Shown in pieces: positions 12,666-25,500 of a stretch of DNA of 56,114 bases. The notes below the pieces were generated by a model. The model did no database searches, was not told the DNA's origin, and saw only the letters and a list, made by a program, of their open reading frames with translations. Numbering within the stretch: position 1 is the first letter of the stretch; each line of letters starts with the position of its first letter. Both the position numbers and the translations under genes were made by a program. This stretch comes from Octopus bimaculoides (Eukaryota): positions 24,247,848-24,303,961 of the forward strand of contig NC_068982.1 of assembly GCF_001194135.2 (NCBI RefSeq), written 5' to 3'.

Positions 12666-13905
12666 ATGTCCTCCATGCTCAAGACATGCGTGTAAAAATC
12701 ACATCAAATGACAGAAATGGTCCAGGAGAGATAATAAACAGGTTATTGAGGCTTACTGTACCACAATGTGTCAACTAATAGACGTCCCAGACACTTAACA
12801 AATATATAGAATCTAATGTAACGTATTTCTGCTTTTCTCGTTAATAACAAACTCTTCCCTGACTTACAAAAGGAATGTAAACGTGGATGCGGGACTCAAC
12901 AATTAATTAACAGAATGATTTTTGAACTTTGTCATAGCAGGAAAAAACTTTTCCTCGTGGCCTGCATAGACTACAAGAAGGTCTTTAATAGTCTTCCTTA
13001 GAACTGGATAAAGGAATGCTTGGAGATAAGTAAATTTTCACCTGCAGTAAGACATTTTGTAACCTACACTATTAAGGTACACTATTAAAATTCAAATAGA
13101 ATCATCTCTTTTTGTCTGCAGCGTAACCCCATTTCCTCTGAATATTCTCCTGAAAGAAACAAATTATGTATGTAGGGTGTATGGAAAAACAATTAATAAT
13201 CTTCTCTTCGCAAAAATTATCAACCACTGCAAGCACTCCTACAAAAATTATTAACAACTGCAAACTCACCTACGCAGAGTCAAACAATTTAGTAGTGACA
13301 CGAAAATAGAAATTGTTCTTGTCGAATATACCAGGGATATATTTACCAAGGCAAAACTATTAAACATATGCAAAAATCACACTATGGAGCATCAAGGAGA
13401 TACAAGAATTAGAACTTCTTGGCAGTTATAAATATCTAGTTGTACGTGATGGAGATGGGATTAAACGTTCGCTAATGAGAGAAAAGACAAGGCAGGATTG
13501 CTAACGAAAAGTAAAAACCATTCTGAAAACCAAGCTGAATGTCAGAAACAAAAGTGAGGCCAAAAATATATTGGCCGTGTCTATAATCACATACAATTTC
13601 AATATTACAAACTGGTCTATTTCTGAGATCAACAAAGTACGAAACATGATGACAATGCATAGCTTGCATCACCAGAAAGCAGACACTGACTTAATATACT
13701 TCACGGGGAATAGAAGGCAGACGGACTTTAATGCTATCTCAACTCTCATTGATAATTGCAAACTTGGGACTTTTTGCCTACCTGCAACAAGCAAACTATT
13801 GGATGTTAAAATTGGTTCTGGAACATGAAGATACCAAGAAATCATACTCACTGAAGAATACTTCGATCAACAGCCTCACTGTGTTGTATACTGAAGGACA
13901 TCTAT
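12666..13905 (+). mobile_element. R4/Dong-type LINE, decayed RT and post-RT region with 3' end
   Basis: Remnants QKECKRGCG, ACIDYKKVF, YKYLVVRDGDGIKRSLMREK, KVKTILKTKLN.RNK, MMTMHSLHHQKAD; ends in (ATA)n. Confidence 0.85.
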
Positions 13906-13909
13906 AATG

Positions 13910-13982
<73 letters not shown>

Positions 13983-14035
13983 TACTAACAACAACAACAA
14001 TAATAATAATAATAGTAATGATAATAATAATATGC
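13905..14035 (+). repeat. (ATA)n microsatellite at the 3' end of the R4/Dong fragment
   Basis: Seen directly. Confidence 0.97.
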
Positions 14036-15385
14036 AATACAGGCCACTGGCTCTCATGGCTTCTGATCTTGACTGATTGGATGTGTTATTATGGTCATTG
14101 TTTTGTTTTGGTATAAAAGAGGGTCTACAGAAAATATTCTGCTCAATAACACAAATGTACTTATTAGTTGTTTCACTGTAAACAGTTGAGCATGCCATCC
14201 GAAAACTTAAAATTTAGGCTAAAAAGAATTAATATTAAAAGAAGAAATAAGATGATAAGTTTGAGAGAATAAAGGAGTCGCCTAAAACCATTAGATAAAC
14301 CATCTTAGAGTACTGAAAATGACACATCACAGAAATGACAGTTTATGAGTAATGGTTAAATTTACCATCTGAAGGTTTGTAAACCGTCCTTTTAAGAAAA
14401 TTCTAAGTGAAAACGATAACTCTTGCAAATAATACATTTATCAAAGATCTTGTTAAAGTGTAGAATCTAAGCTGGTAAAGGAGGAATTTAACATGCGTGC
14501 CGACATAGCTCGAGTGACAAATTTAGAAATCCTAGGAGAGTAAAAGACATAACATGTCAATCATAGAAGTTACAGGTACATAAAATAAAACAAGTTAACG
14601 TAAAATATTAATATAATAATACAAGTGTATAAAAACTGACACAGACAGAGTAGAATATAGAAAATGTGGATATAACATATGTCTGTACACAAAAAAGAGA
14701 AATTATGCCACTATACACACAAAAAACACTGTTAGATAAGAGATATAAAAAAAATATCAAATGAAAGTAATATAAAAATATATGAAAAATATACCTATAA
14801 CATATAACATATTACTACATAAATAAAACAGAAAATAAGAGAAAAATATCAGAAAAAAGTATCTAATTATGAATTGAGATATCAACTCATAACATATGTG
14901 TCTGGGATTGTAAATATGAGTGTATGGGAATTGATAATTAACCATATATAGTAAAAAAAATATCAATAGTTAACTAGCGGGCGGAGGTTCGAACACGGAG
15001 CAGATAACATTAGATCACGTGTGGTAATGTTTCACAGAATTTATAAAACGTGTTCTCTGATTATTTGAAAATGTAACAATGCTAAAACTATATTGTATAA
15101 TATATTTTTAGATGATAAATTACCACACAACACACACACACACACATACTCATATATATATATATATATATATATATAAGAGAATGTTTAATGGAGACAA
15201 TACTCCGTGTATAGTATAACTGTTTCTTTTTGTGCTCGTTTATGAGCAAAGTAGTAATACAAATCCAAGGATCAGTGTTATCATTACTCTGCCTCTCTCT
15301 CTTTATATATATATATATATATATACATATGTATAGGTACGTATGTATGTAGAATTACAGCTACGAGTCCAGACTACTATTCCCA

Positions 15386-15987
15386 GGTAGACTAACTTAG
15401 TATGGCCTTTGATTAATTCTAATCCTTCAGCTATTTAACGCTTTTTGGGGCCTGCAATCGCCTATAATACTGAATCTCTTACAATCATTTTTATTTCTTA
15501 CGCTAGATAATAACAGAATCAATAATATCTTCACAAATATTTTCTCCTGAATTATTTGCCCCGTATTGAAATTATTTTCACACTGGTGGTTACCACGATT
15601 CGGCGCAAAAGGAATCAGTTTCAATGCAGACATCAACGTCACGAGTTGCGGCTTTCCATCATGGCAACGCATGCTGGGAAAGGTTAATGCCAGTCCAGAA
15701 ACTGGTCCATGTGAGTCAAAATACTCGAATGCATGTTAAAAGTTTGTCTTAGCCTGTTTGCCCGGAAACGGTTGTTTTCTGTTGTTATTATAACCGTTTC
15801 TCTTCGGCGATTTAAATAAGACTTTCGATTCTAATTTCCTGCTGGTAGACATACTTAGTATTTCCTTTGATTAATTTTACTCCTTCAGCTATTTAATGCT
15901 TTTGATGGCCTGCAATCGCCTAAATTATTGATCATGTTATCATTTTTAATTGTTACACTAGATCATTTTCTCTCCAATTATTTGCTC
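15386..15987. repeat. Diverged direct duplication, offset 458 bp (15386-~15560 and 15844-15987)
   Basis: ggtagac..acttagtat..cctttgattaatt.ta.tccttcagctatttaa.gctttt..ggcctgcaatcgccta occurs twice; ccttcagc at 15424 and 15882. Confidence 0.9.
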
Positions 15988-15999
15988 AGTATATATATG

Positions 16000-16035
<36 letters not shown>

Positions 16036-16984
16036 NNNNNNNNNNNNNNNNNNNNNNNNNNNNNNNNNNNNNNNNNNNNNNNNNNNNNNNNNNNNNNNNN
16101 NNNNNNNNNNNNNNNNNNNNNNNNNNNNNNNNNNNNNNNNNNNNNNNNNNNNNNNNNNNNNNNNNNNNNNNNNNNNNNNNNNNNNNNNNNNNNNNNNNNN
16201 NNNNNNNNNNNNNNNNNNNNNNNNNNNNNNNNNNNNNNNNNNNNNNNNNNNNNNNNNNNNNNNNNNNNNNNNNNNNNNNNNNNNNNNNNNNNNNNNNNNN
16301 NNNNNNNNNNNNNNNNNNNNNNNNNNNNNNNNNNNNNNNNNNNNNNNNNNNNNNNNNNNNNNNNNNNNNNNNNNNNNNNNNNNNNNNNNNNNNNNNNNNN
16401 NNNNNNNNNNNNNNNNNNNNNNNNNNNNNNNNNNNNNNNNNNNNNNNNNNNNNNNNNNNNNNNNNNNNNNNNNNNNNNNNNNNNNNNNNNGTGTGTATGT
16501 GTGTGTGTATGTGTGTATGTATGTATGTGTGTGTGTGGGTGTGTGCATATGTAGGTAGATAGATAGATAGATAGATAGATAGACAAATACGTATATGTGC
16601 GTGTATATATATATATATATATATATGCAATATTATTACTTTTCTTCAAATATGCTTGTGCCGCGTTCGCATGTAATTCATTGTGTCTTGTGTTCGAGAA
16701 AAATTTTCGCTGTAGAAAAATCGTGTAGATACACCTAAATCCCCCAACAGCGCCACCCTACCAAACTGTTAGTTGTTAACATTTCGGAGTGGTTATCTCT
16801 TCCATGTCACAGAAACCGAACAGGTGCGATTCAGGCTGACAACAGAGATTGTCTCTCTTATGCTCTTCCTCTAATCATACGATTATAGGTAGTTCCAATC
16901 ATCGGTTCACTGTAAACAAATTATGGAATGGGAAGGTTAAGAAATGATCTCTATATAAGCAATGTTATTACTAGTTCAAATATC

Positions 16985-17150
16985 TTAGTGGTACGTTGTC
17001 AGTTTACGTTCTGAGCACCCATTCCAACGAGGTCGACTGTGTGTTTCATCACTTTCTGACCAGATTAAATAATTTCCAGTTGGTGACTGAGGTCGATCTA
17101 ATCGACATATCCTGCCCACAAAACTTCTGGCCTCATGCAAAGATTTCAAA
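16985..17150 (+). mobile_element. Degenerate SINE family 2 (tail type 1)
   Basis: tttacgttctgag...gaggtcgactgtgtgtttcatc...gaggtcgatctaatcgac...aaaacttctggcctc. Confidence 0.75.
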
Positions 17151-17740
17151 GCAATACAATGAAATACGTGAGTAACATTAAGAACAGGTGATGTGATTAT
17201 TGCTAAAATAGAAAATATAAATATATCCTCTGTTCTAGGTTGTAATATAAAGAAAATTGCGCGGAATATAGTTATGATTACTAAATTTTAGTTCGGCACC
17301 AACGAACACACAGATGCACGCTCTCTCCCCACCTCTCTCTCTCTCTCTCACACACACACAAATATACACACATACATCCACACCCACATACACGCACACA
17401 CAAACACACACGCACATATATATTCATATATTCTCGGCACATAATAGGATATATCGGCGTTGCTACACCATAAGTGTCTTACATACACACACAAACAAAA
17501 ACACACAGCTATACGTTATTTTTCACTTTCACCATTCATCTCTCTATATATATATACAGACACACATCTGTATACATGTATATGTGTGCGTGTCTGAACT
17601 CCTGCTTGTGTATGTATATATAAATCACAGAAGATAGAGATACCTTCAAGTCAAACATGAGGTTAAAGAATTTAAGTTAATAAAATACGTGTTAAACACA
17701 GTATCGAAACCTTATTTAAGTGTAAGTGGCCACGAGTATG

Positions 17741-18590
17741 ATTATTCTATTCTACTCTAAGCACAAGGCCGGAAATTTTTGGGGAGGGAGGCAGTCGATT
17801 GGATCGACCCCAGCACTTACTTTATCGACTCCGAAAGGATGAAAGGCAAAGTCGACCTCGGCACAATTTGAACTCAGAACGTAAAGACAGAGGAAATACC
17901 GCTAAGCATTTCACCCACCGTGCTAACATTTCTTATTTCTTTATTGTCCACAAGGGGCTAAACATAGAGGGGACAAACACGGACAGACGAAGGGATTAAG
18001 TCAATTATATCAACCGAGTGTGTAACTGGTACTTATTTAATCGACCCCGAAAGGATGAAAAGTAAAGTCGACCTCGGCGGAATTTGAACTCAGAACGTAA
18101 CGGCAGACGAAATACCGCTAAGCATTTCGCCCGGCGTGCTAACGTTTCTGCCAACTCGTCGCCTTGAGTGTGCTAACGTTTCTTATTTCTTCACTGCCCA
18201 CAAGAGGCTACACACAGAGGGGACAAACAATGAGAGAGAAACGGATTAAGTCGATTATATCGAACCAGTGCATAACTGGTACTTAATTTATTGACTCCCA
18301 AAGGGATGAAAGACAAAGTCGACCTGGGCGGAATGTGAACTCAGAACGTAACGGCTGACGAAATACCTATTTCGTTATTGCTAAACATAGAGGGAACAAA
18401 CAAGAATAGACGAACGTATTAAGTTAATTACATCGACCCCAGTGCGTAACTGGTACTTAATTTATCGACCCCCGAAAGGATGAAAAGTAAAGTCGACCTC
18501 GGCGGAATTTGAACTCAGAACGTAACGGCTGACGAAATAACGCTAAGCATTTCGCCCGGCGTGCTAACGTTTCTGCCAGCTCGCCGCCTT
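17741..18590 (-). mobile_element. Head-to-tail array of four SINE family 2 copies (17741-17933, 17934-18166, 18184-18367, 18368-18590)
   Basis: Each unit carries GTTCTGAGTTCAAATTCCGCCGAGGTCGACTTT.C.TTTCATCCTTTCGGGGTCGAT (or a close variant). Full heads GGCGGCGAGCTGGCAGAAACGTTAGC in copies 2 and 4. Confidence 0.95.
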
Positions 18591-18907
18591 GTGAGTATAG
18601 TTGTTAATGTGTGCTTATGTATCTCTTTACCTTGATTTAAACGTATGAGTTTGTGCGCGTTTCTCTGTGCGTCTGTCTAAGTGTTAAAACCTTCCAATAC
18701 AGCGAAACTCAAGTGTAAATCTTCCAGTTTAAAAACTTATTATCGCACCCGAGGAGTCTTCTATGCGCTGTGTGTTGCATCTGTTGTTATTGCATCGGTC
18801 CACGCCCACAATGGAGCAGTGCATCTTGAAGATGAAAAATTCTTCTAGTAATATAAATTTTTTTGTTGGTACATTCCATCCTTTCTTTTTATAATTAACA
18901 TACATAT

Positions 18908-19071
18908 GTAGGCAGAGCTTCGCTGTGTGGTCAGAAGCTTACTTCCCAATCAGACGGCTTCAAGCTCAGTTCCACTGCGTGGCAGCCTGAGCAAGTGTCT
19001 TCTACTATATCCTCGGAACAATCAAAGACTTGTGAGCGGATTTGGTAGACAGAAATTGAAAGAAACCCGTC

Positions 19072-19075
<4 letters not shown>
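18908..19075 (+). mobile_element. SINE family 1, 5' half running into (TA)n and a gap
   Basis: gctgtgtggtcagaagc...ccactgcgtggcagcctgagcaagtgtcttctactata...gatttggtagacagaaattgaaagaaacccgtcgtata. Confidence 0.88.
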
Positions 19076-19109
<34 letters not shown>

Positions 19110-20000
19110 NNNNNNNNNNNNNNNNNNNNNNNNNNNNNNNNNNNNNNNNNNNNNNNNNNNNNNNNNNNNNNNNNNNNNNNNNNNNNNNNNNNNNNNNNNN
19201 NNNNNNNNNNNNNNNNNNNNNNNNNNNNNNNNNNNNNNNNNNNNNNNNNNNNNNNNNNNNNNNNNNNNNNNNNNNNNNNNNNNNNNNNNNNNNNNNNNNN
19301 NNNNNNNNNNNNNNNNNNNNNNNNNNNNNNNNNNNNNNNNNNNNNNNNNNNNNNNNNNNNNNNNNNNNNNNNNNNNNNNNNNNNNNNNNNNNNNNNNNNN
19401 NNNNNNNNNNNNNNNNNNNNNNNNNNNNNNNNNNNNNNNNNNNNNNNNNNNNNNNNNNNNNNNNNNNNNNNNNNNNNNNNNNNNNNNNNNNNNNNNNNNN
19501 NNNNNNNNNNNNNNNNNNNNNNNNNNNNNNNNNNNNNNNNNNNNNNNNNNNNNNNNNNNNNNNNNNNNNNNNNNNNNNNNNNNNNNNNNNNNNNNNNNNN
19601 NNNNNNNNNNNNNNNNNNNNNNNNNNNNNNNNNNNNNNNNNNNNNNNNNNNNNNNNNNNNNNNNNNNNNNNNNNNNNNNNNNNNNNNNNNNNNNNNNNNN
19701 NNNNNNNNNNNNNNNNNNNNNNNNNNNNNNNNNNNNNNNNNNNNNNNNNNNNNNNNNNNNNNNNNNNNNNNNNNNNNNNNNNNNNNNNNNNNNNNNNNNN
19801 NNNNNNNNNNNNNNNNNNNNNNNNNNNNNNNNNNNNNNNNNNNNNNNNNNNNNNNNNNNNNNNNNNNNNNNNNNNNNNNNNNNNNNNNNNNNNNNNNNNN
19901 NNNNNNNNNNNNNNNNNNNNNNNNNNNNNNNNNNNNNNNNNNNNNNNNNNNNNNNNNNNNNNNNNNNNNNNNNNNNNNNNNNNNNNNNNNNNNTATATAT

Positions 20001-20040
<40 letters not shown>

Positions 20041-20074
20041 TCTTCCTGGATGAAACGTGTTCTGCTGCAGGAAC

Positions 20075-20200
20075 ACTCGTTTTTGTCAGCTGTATGGACT
20101 GGAACAAAGTTTTGTTCAAGAGTACAACGCGTCGCCGTATCCAGGAGTCTAAACAATAATGTCATGATCGTGAGGCCAACACCCGAACTAGTAAGTCACT
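20075..20200 (-). mobile_element. SINE family 3, partial and degenerate
   Basis: tttttgtcagctg..tggactggaac...ttgttcaagagtacaacgcgtcgcc is the reverse complement of the 40970-41040 segment. Confidence 0.7.
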
Positions 20201-20339
20201 TACCTTAGTACACACACAGAAATCTATATATCTATGTGTGTGCGGTGTGTGGGTCTTTATGTGTCTGTGCGTGTGTGCGTGTGCCTGATAAATTATAGTT
20301 GTGTATTCGTTTCACAGTTTTTATACTGCTTGCATACTG

Positions 20340-20525
20340 TGGTACAATGCCTTCAAATTTCGGAGAGGGGATAAGTCAGTTACATCAACACCAGTTTTCA
20401 ACTGTCCCTTGTTTTTATCGACCCTGCAAGTATGAAAGGCAAATTGTGCCCCGGCGAAATTTGAACACAGATTGTAAAGTGGGAAGAAATGTCTCCAAGC
20501 AATTATTCTGCAAGCTCACCGCCTA
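20340..20525 (-). mobile_element. Degenerate SINE family 2
   Basis: tttttatcgaccctgcaagtatgaaaggcaaattgtgccccggcgaaatttgaacacag...gctcaccgcc. Confidence 0.75.
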
Positions 20526-21830
20526 GATATAATTGAATATTTCGATTTCTAACCAACTTAGATATTTTTGTTTCTATTATGGATTGCTATAGCACAGACA
20601 CACACTATGTATAATGTTGTAAAGCGATAGTCCACTAACCATTCATCGATGAACACAGCAGCCGTGTATCGACACACATGAATATCTTTTAATATATTTT
20701 CTGAAAATTAGCTTAGTCGTTTGAAGGGACATTTAATTCGACCTCTAATTCTTTATTATTTATTTTTTTGTTATTTCAAATTGATTTGCTGCGTTGGTGT
20801 TTTAATTTATTACTAGTTTTGTTTTTTGTTTTTGTCGTGTAAATGATGTTTCACTAACTATATTATTACTCAGTTGAGAATTGACTAAACGATGTGTATA
20901 TTTTTTCTTTGATATCTCTATTGTGTGATTACATTTAGAAATGTTGCATTATGTTACATGTGGCATTGATGGAACCGAATGTTATGTTTGTCCATGCTAT
21001 CATTGAATTGTTGCTGTGTAGCATATATCCATTTGTGTTTAATGTTTTCTATAGTGTTGTCAGTTCGATTAATAAGGTATTTGTAAAGCAACTTCCATTT
21101 ACGAGACAAAGCTTTGGGAATTGGGCAGAATGTTATTTGCAACCTGGTGTTATGACGTAAATGCAGCGTATGCTATACAGCATGCTTAGTGCATAGAGAG
21201 CAATTTCAACGCTCCAGTTTATCTATTTCCCTTTCATGCACTACCAGCTAATTCCAGTTGTAGTCAATGGAGTGTGCAATGGCTCCATAGTCTATACTTG
21301 ATATTGGCAAGTATAGACAGCCGAGTTTATTAGAGTAAAAGTAAAGTTATTCGTCGGTTACAATAATGAGTGTTCATATTATTTGATTAACTGAACTTCC
21401 TCCTTGCTGAAGGTAGTGAATATGGTTGATTATACTGCATTCACCGATACGTTTAAAATGCATCAAGCTCACTCGACATGGCAAAAGGTATGGTATGTCT
21501 GGCGCTTTAAGAATCTCATGGATTTTCACGATATCCATCTGCTTGACTTCACAAATATTGCCTGTTTCCACCCAGGTGTATAAGAAAGACACCCGCGCAA
21601 AATCCTGCACAATGGGATCGAAGCTGACGAATCATAATTTTGAAATGAACCTTTTCTCTCAACTCAGCTTCAGTCATTTAGTGGAAAAGACATGGCACAT
21701 TAGGTGCTGAAGTTCAGTGTATTATTGTTGATTTTATATGAGAAAGAAAATCATTTAGTGCAAGAAATTGTCACCTCCCATCGAATACTAACACGTTCTG
21801 TTATCTCTGTATCTATGGATGATTCCCTGT

Positions 21831-21861
<31 letters not shown>

Positions 21862-21873
21862 CATATATATATA

Positions 21874-21906
<33 letters not shown>

Positions 21907-22302
21907 GTTTGAGTGAGCGTGTATGTGTATATGTTCATATGTGCATGTACCTCGAGGTGGTTGCGCATGTATGTCGGTAGCATATGCTGGTGTTTATGTA
22001 CAACTATTAAGTATTCAGCAGTCATTCATTGCTAAATTTAAGACATGAATATTGCCACCTATTATATTTGCTCTTTCAAAAAGGCATTTTACATTGTCAA
22101 CCATGTCTAATACGTGCACCATTGTTAGCTCACAAATTAGAGCAACTGATAAGTATACAAATAGATTTATTGGACAAAATATCCCTCTATATATTTTCAC
22201 ACTCTCAAAAGGACAACGCAACGCCGTTACATAAAACCAAAACACCGATAAAGTATGTTGTTCTTTATTTACTTCTTTTTAATTGTTGCAAAAGAAGTTC
22301 AA

Positions 22303-22520
22303 GGAGGAAGTGCTGAAAAGTCTCTGGCTTTGGGTACAAGAAAATGCAGAAGGGTAAGTTAATTACGATTTTGTTCACCACATTCTCCTCTCAAATTCAC
22401 ACCCTTATTTCAGCGCTCCTTCAGTCTTTCTAAGTCCTATAAATGTACTCGGAATTTTAAGCCGTCAACCCGGCCTTTCGTGATACCTTTAAAGCCAGAA
22501 ACTTTTCATTACCACAACCC
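22303..22520 (-). mobile_element. Mariner-derived MITE
   Basis: Terminal inverted repeats gtgctgaaaagtctctggcttt (22310-22331) and aaagccagaaacttttcattac (22491-22512). The minus-strand interior resembles a mariner transposase C-terminus (GLERLKER...V.LRGE). Confidence 0.8.
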
Positions 22521-25500
22521 CCGCTAATATTGTACCTATTTGTCTTATAATAAAACATTTACTTTTCAAATTTTATGGGGACCCCATTTATAAAATAAAT
22601 GATTATGACATTAATGCTACTCGAGTAAATTATATAGGGAATACTTGGAAATTGATGAATGTAATATTCGGGCGAATACATTTTCCCCTTCAGTTTTGAC
22701 AGTTTTTCTGATTCATTCTTCCTTCATGGTTCTCGTGGCGGTTGGAATACTTGTAACAATGTGAAATACGCAAAAAACATCCGTGTTTCGGTTGCAGATG
22801 TTTAACTGGTCGATCAGTGTGTGTCAATCACCTACATCTCAGTTCACAAAGAAATAAAGCAATTACAAGGCGACTCATCCGAAATTCTAATAATTTAACA
22901 GATAAAATGCCAAATATAACATTCTTTGACTTCCGCTTATCCTGTTATCTAAAGTATATAGCGTTGATATATTGCTTGATTGCTTACATTTCATATTTTA
23001 AATAATCTATACATTCAATATCTCAACAGAAATATATGAATACATGTATAATGTGTGATTGTACGAGTTTCCCTTTCTCGCCATGGTTTTAAAATTTAGA
23101 ATGAAGTAAATTTCTATTCGTGTTAACTTGCAAACGTTTAAACTTATCTAGTTGTCAGTTCATGATTTAAGATGAAATGTATATTCTAATATGAAACTTG
23201 TATAGATTTACGGTGCTAAGAAGAGTGCATGTCTTGTTGCAATCCTTTGTGCAAAGGCTCCAATGTAAGTATAGTTACATCTATTCGTACAAAATATTGA
23301 AGCATTGAAAACTATGTGAGGTGCTTCTTCACAAGCTCAGTTTTAATATTGAAACTTGATGTGTTTGTTGCAGCATGTACATATTTGACAATATTTATCC
23401 GAAATCATGATTGCTTTCAAATTCATTCAAATATACAAAAAAAAAAACTTACACGTATAGGTGTACGCCTTATTCCATACTAGTGTTTAACAATGACTAA
23501 TAGATAAATATACTTATAGATCTGTGCACTTGTGTGTGTATGCGTGTGTGTTTGTGCGAAAAGTGCGTGTATATACGCGTACGTAAGTGGATATAGATGT
23601 ATGTAATTATGCTTGTATTTATATTTAGAGAACTTAACTTTATTTTGCAAATATTCGTATTTGATTACATAAACATGAAGTTGTTGAAGACTTTTAACTA
23701 CAGATATCTAACAACAAATGCAAACACAAAAATTACAATGTGGTATTTAACCAACATCATTTTAAACACTCTATCTGTCCCTCTGTCTATCTATCTATTC
23801 ATCGTTATCTTTATAAATTTAATGTGTGTACGTGTGTATACACACACTCATATAATATCATATATAAATATTGATTCTTTGTTGATTTATTTCTCCAGTC
23901 ACACTTTACATCGTATAGATAGAGGGTATAGAGGCAGTGAAAGTGTGATACGAGGGAAAAATAACATGCGATGTGCAGCCTGAGTATATGCGCTTCGCAT
24001 GGTGGCAGGCAATGAGTAAAAACGCTAAACGAACAGATAACGGGAAGTATCATAGACTCAGAGGAGGAGACCAAAGAGCAAAGAGAGGCGTACGAAAGTT
24101 CAGCATTACAGAACAGTAAAATGTACAAAATATAGTAGAAATAAGTGCTACAAAATATTGAGAAACTAAACGAATGACGCGGCGTGATAATCTTCGGTGA
24201 GAAGATTATTGGCAGAGAAGAGAGAGAGAAAGTTCGTCATAGGTTGAGAGTGAGAAAGAAGAGAATTCCAAATCGAAATGTTTTATAGAAGAGATTATAT
24301 ATCGTATTTGAAAATATATTCGCAATACAATGAGAACTGTGTGATTATTACAAAGATTATTATGACAAAACCTGATAGATTATGAGCACCACTCACAGAG
24401 TATATGATAGTAGATTGTACTATGCCTTTTCCCAAATTTCTCAATCGTTAGTAGGTCACTACATCGACGTAAGAAAAATACACAAACTCGCAGCACTCCC
24501 ATACTTGAACCAAGTTAAGAATCGTTCATTTGACAATTAATGAATGAGAGGGCTTTGATATTCATCAGCTCCATATTTACAACTGAAGATCACACACAAA
24601 CACACAATCTCCCTCTCTCTCTATCTCTCCCTCTCTCTCTTTCTCTCCTTTGCACTCCCTACTCACTCGAAGTTAGCTAGTTAATGCATTAGTGGAAAAT
24701 TAGTTTATTTACCTGTTTTGTTTGTAATATCGTTGAATAAAAAATGAACCAGTGAAATACAGAAGCTGGGGTTCTGAATGTATCTATAAAATCTAATTCT
24801 GTAAGCTGATAGTTATTTAGTTTGTGAATTGAAAGCATTTATATATTACTTGTATATATATTCAGGAATTTCCGATGTAGCCAGTGAGAAGCTTTTTATC
24901 ATACGTAATTCATGATGCAGATTAACGTTGTGATTGCAGTAAAAAAAAAAGAAAAGAAACTTAGACAAGCTAAATAAAGTTCTAAGCAGATATTTTACCG
25001 ATATGTTCATAGTTTTCTAGATTTTACAAGTATCTGAACTAGAAGGTATCATCAGATACATCGTAGAGATAAAAATATATTCTTATATAGACTTGTGCAT
25101 CTTTTCGGTGCATCTTGAAAAGAAACTAAAAACTGAGCAGTTAAATTAAAATATGTAAATCTCGTATACTATGTAGTATCAGATTTGATATTTCACTATT
25201 GTTTTCATGCTTGTTTAGTTTAATATTCCCCATTATCAACCAAACTAGTAACTATAATCATTTCAGATGCATGATATTATTTAGTATTCTTATATTAATA
25301 ATTATCTTGTCCAATTTATTTGTCCTATTTTAATTTTGAATGTTTCAATTCCATTTTAGAGTTCTTTCTAGTTTTTTTTTTTACTCACTACACACAAGGT
25401 TGCTTTTTTTCTCAATATTCCGTGATTGAGTATTATACAGTTAGTATGCATACGGAGATATATGATCTACAAATCGCTATGCTAAATGATAAAATCATTT

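Noticed and set aside
15846-15890. Hammerhead-like CTGAAGGA...GAAATACTAAGTATG in the first direct repeat (minus strand)
   Set aside because: The core is CUGAAGG, there is no stem II, position 17 would be G, and there is no stem I.
16748-16765. CAGCGCCACCCTAC, CTCF-like
   Set aside because: The 3' half does not match the CTCF core, and a single motif is not supportable.
17934-18590. Regularly spaced repeats suggestive of a CRISPR array
   Set aside because: The units are ~200-nt SINEs with no unique spacers, there are no cas genes, and the context is eukaryotic.
18681-18848. Open frame with a signal-peptide-like stretch (GVFYALCVASVVIASVHA)
   Set aside because: No ATG, no convincing splice sites, short, and hemmed in by SINEs.
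21374-21710. Short ORFs on both strands, possible Helitron remnant
   Set aside because: No Rep or helicase motif could be identified.
11017-25060. Other CTGANGA hits (e.g. 11023, 13850, 21623, 24563, 25048; also 35995)
   Set aside because: None has a paired stem II followed by GAAA and a UH site.
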